A stretch of DNA of 64,000 nucleotides from Promethearchaeota archaeon (GTDB lineage: Archaea; Asgardarchaeota; Lokiarchaeia; Sigyniarchaeales; SOKP01): positions 329,166 to 393,165 of the forward strand of contig JAHPZJ010000013.1 of NCBI GenBank assembly GCA_019058245.1. Direction: 5' to 3'. Both the position numbers and the translations under genes were made by a program. The number at the start of each line of letters is the position of its first letter. Position 1 is the first letter of the stretch. The notes below the pieces were generated by a model. That model saw nothing but the letters and a program-made list of their open reading frames with translations, searched no databases and was not told the DNA's origin. This document shows positions 62,760-64,000 of the stretch, one piece after another.

Positions 62760-64000
62760 TTATTTATGCAAATTTTGTGCTGCAATAATATCAATACCAT
62801 TTTCAATAAGTACTTTTGCAGTAGTATTGATAGCATCATATCTATCAAGAAGTCCTTGTCGCATAAACTCCCATTCTCCAGAATCAATTATTTCTTGTTT
62901 ATCTCTAAAATAATCCAGAATATCGGTAGGATATTCCCTTGTTTTTTCTACATCAATATTACCGCCTTCGTGTTTAGCACTAATATTTTTAACCTTTTTA
63001 GCAACTTCAATTAACTCGTTTCTTCGATCATAAGGTTGTCTTACGATGCTTTTCCATGTTTCAATAATATGGTGCTCTAATCTAACAACATCTTCAAAAT
63101 CAAATGCTTTTCTAATATAAGCAGATAATTCAAGGGTTTCATTATTTACTGAATTTGAAAGATTAAATCCTATTAGTGGACTTGAACCATCTTCTCTAGC
63201 AAATAATTTAGCAGTCATCAGAGTCCAGAGGCACGAATAAGGATTGTCATTACCCATATATACTGAAATCTTGAACTCATTATTTATTCCTAGTTTATGA
63301 ATAAAGTATCCAAGTAACACAGTTCCAGGATTAACATTTAGAACTTGCCTAATCCCATAATTAGTATAATAATAAAGAAATTCATCAATCCACTTTAAAG
63401 CAAATTCATTAGGTTGACCAACTCCGCCAAAATATCCAGTAATGGTATCAGATCCTCCTAAATGGATATTCACAGGCATACCATCAGGACCAGGGGTGGT
63501 TCCCTTAGTATCGAGAGTTTCAACATATGTTGCTCCTATTATTTGCATAGCAGCGGTCATTGCTAATAAATCACCATCTTCTTCTTGTTCTTCCATTTTT
63601 CTGACACGAATTATTCTTCCTGGCATTAAATTTTTATCTTTGATCGCTGCTTTAGCCATATCGATAAGGAAGGGAAAATATTGACAAGATGAAAGTTCTA
63701 GAGTTACCGCATGGTCCTTATCAAATTTAATATCCGATGATTTTTCACCTAGTATTTTTTTTTTAAAATCTGACATACTTATAAAAGCATCGTTGTCTCT
63801 GCTTTTAATTAACCAATCTAAATCTCTAATGTATTCAGGTTTTTTATTAGCAAGTCTATTTAATATAATATTTAATTTCCCTGCTTCTTCAGCTTTTTTA
63901 TTAATTTCATCAACTCCACCATATTCTTCGATGATTTTGAGTAAATAATTTATAAGGGGATTCTTCTCATCCAATAAAAATTCATTAATAGTCTGTAAAG
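62760..64000 (-). CDS. Hypothetical enzyme-like protein, 5'-truncated by the window edge
   Basis: Frame stays open to the window end (LQTINEFLLDEKN). Gly/His-rich segments NIHLGG, TITGYFGGVG, EHHI and SAKHEGG. 27 nt upstream of dapA-fae. Confidence 0.8.
   Translation of the reverse strand, partial: LQTINEFLLDEKNPLINYLLKIIEEYGGVDEINKKAEEAGKLNIILNRLANKKPEYIRDLDWLIKSRDNDAFISMSDFKKKILGEKSSDIKFDKDHAVTLELSSCQYFPFLIDMAKAAIKDKNLMPGRIIRVRKMEEQEEDGDLLAMTAAMQIIGATYVETLDTKGTTPGPDGMPVNIHLGGSDTITGYFGGVGQPNEFALKWIDEFLYYYTNYGIRQVLNVNPGTVLLGYFIHKLGINNEFKISVYMGNDNPYSCLWTLMTAKLFAREDGSSPLIGFNLSNSVNNETLELSAYIRKAFDFEDVVRLEHHIIETWKSIVRQPYDRRNELIEVAKKVKNISAKHEGGNIDVEKTREYPTDILDYFRDKQEIIDSGEWEFMRQGLLDRYDAINTTAKVLIENGIDIIAAQNLHK

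Noticed and set aside
5866-63684. Many 60-125 aa track ORFs that overlap real genes (for example 5866, 5942, 9061, 11346, 20116, 20892, 28025, 40545, 51545, 56662, 60626, 63442)
   Set aside because: Antisense or alternate-frame shadows of well-supported genes, with no motifs of their own.
1-64000. CRISPR arrays, rRNA genes, IS elements and integrases
   Set aside because: No regularly spaced repeats, long GC-rich RNA genes or transposase/recombinase motifs were seen.

Overview
AT-rich archaeal chromosomal window. The gene content points to an Asgard archaeon of the Lokiarchaeia/Promethearchaeota type (inference): H4MPT/methanofuran C1 genes fwdA and fae, two hdrABC operons, mvhD/mvhG, hyp genes, a HEAT-LRR protein and a multi-PAS kinase. 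The left end (1-6.4 kb) holds a complete streamlined cytochrome c maturation locus (ccmC-D-E, ccmA-B, ccmF). It is bracketed by two paralogous exported proteins that lack CxxCH but share GxTHxxxGCHG, and the heme-handling motifs of CcmC, CcmE and CcmF are themselves divergent. This is my best candidate for an undescribed system: single-Cys or His/Cys heme attachment by System I. Other notable items: an 84-nt tRNA-Cys(GCA) with a long variable arm; a 3-kb insert in the 5' end of a yyaL/SPATA20-like gene, marked by a decayed 63-bp direct repeat and carrying a multi-winged-helix plus winged-helix/HEPN(Abi_C-like) gene pair; an uncalled 31-aa Asp/Trp-rich microprotein; a DapA-like aldolase fused to Fae; and a PI-PLC-like gene broken by one in-frame TGA. 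I saw no CRISPR array, rRNA, transposase or integrase. All family calls come from motif recognition by eye; no database searches were run.
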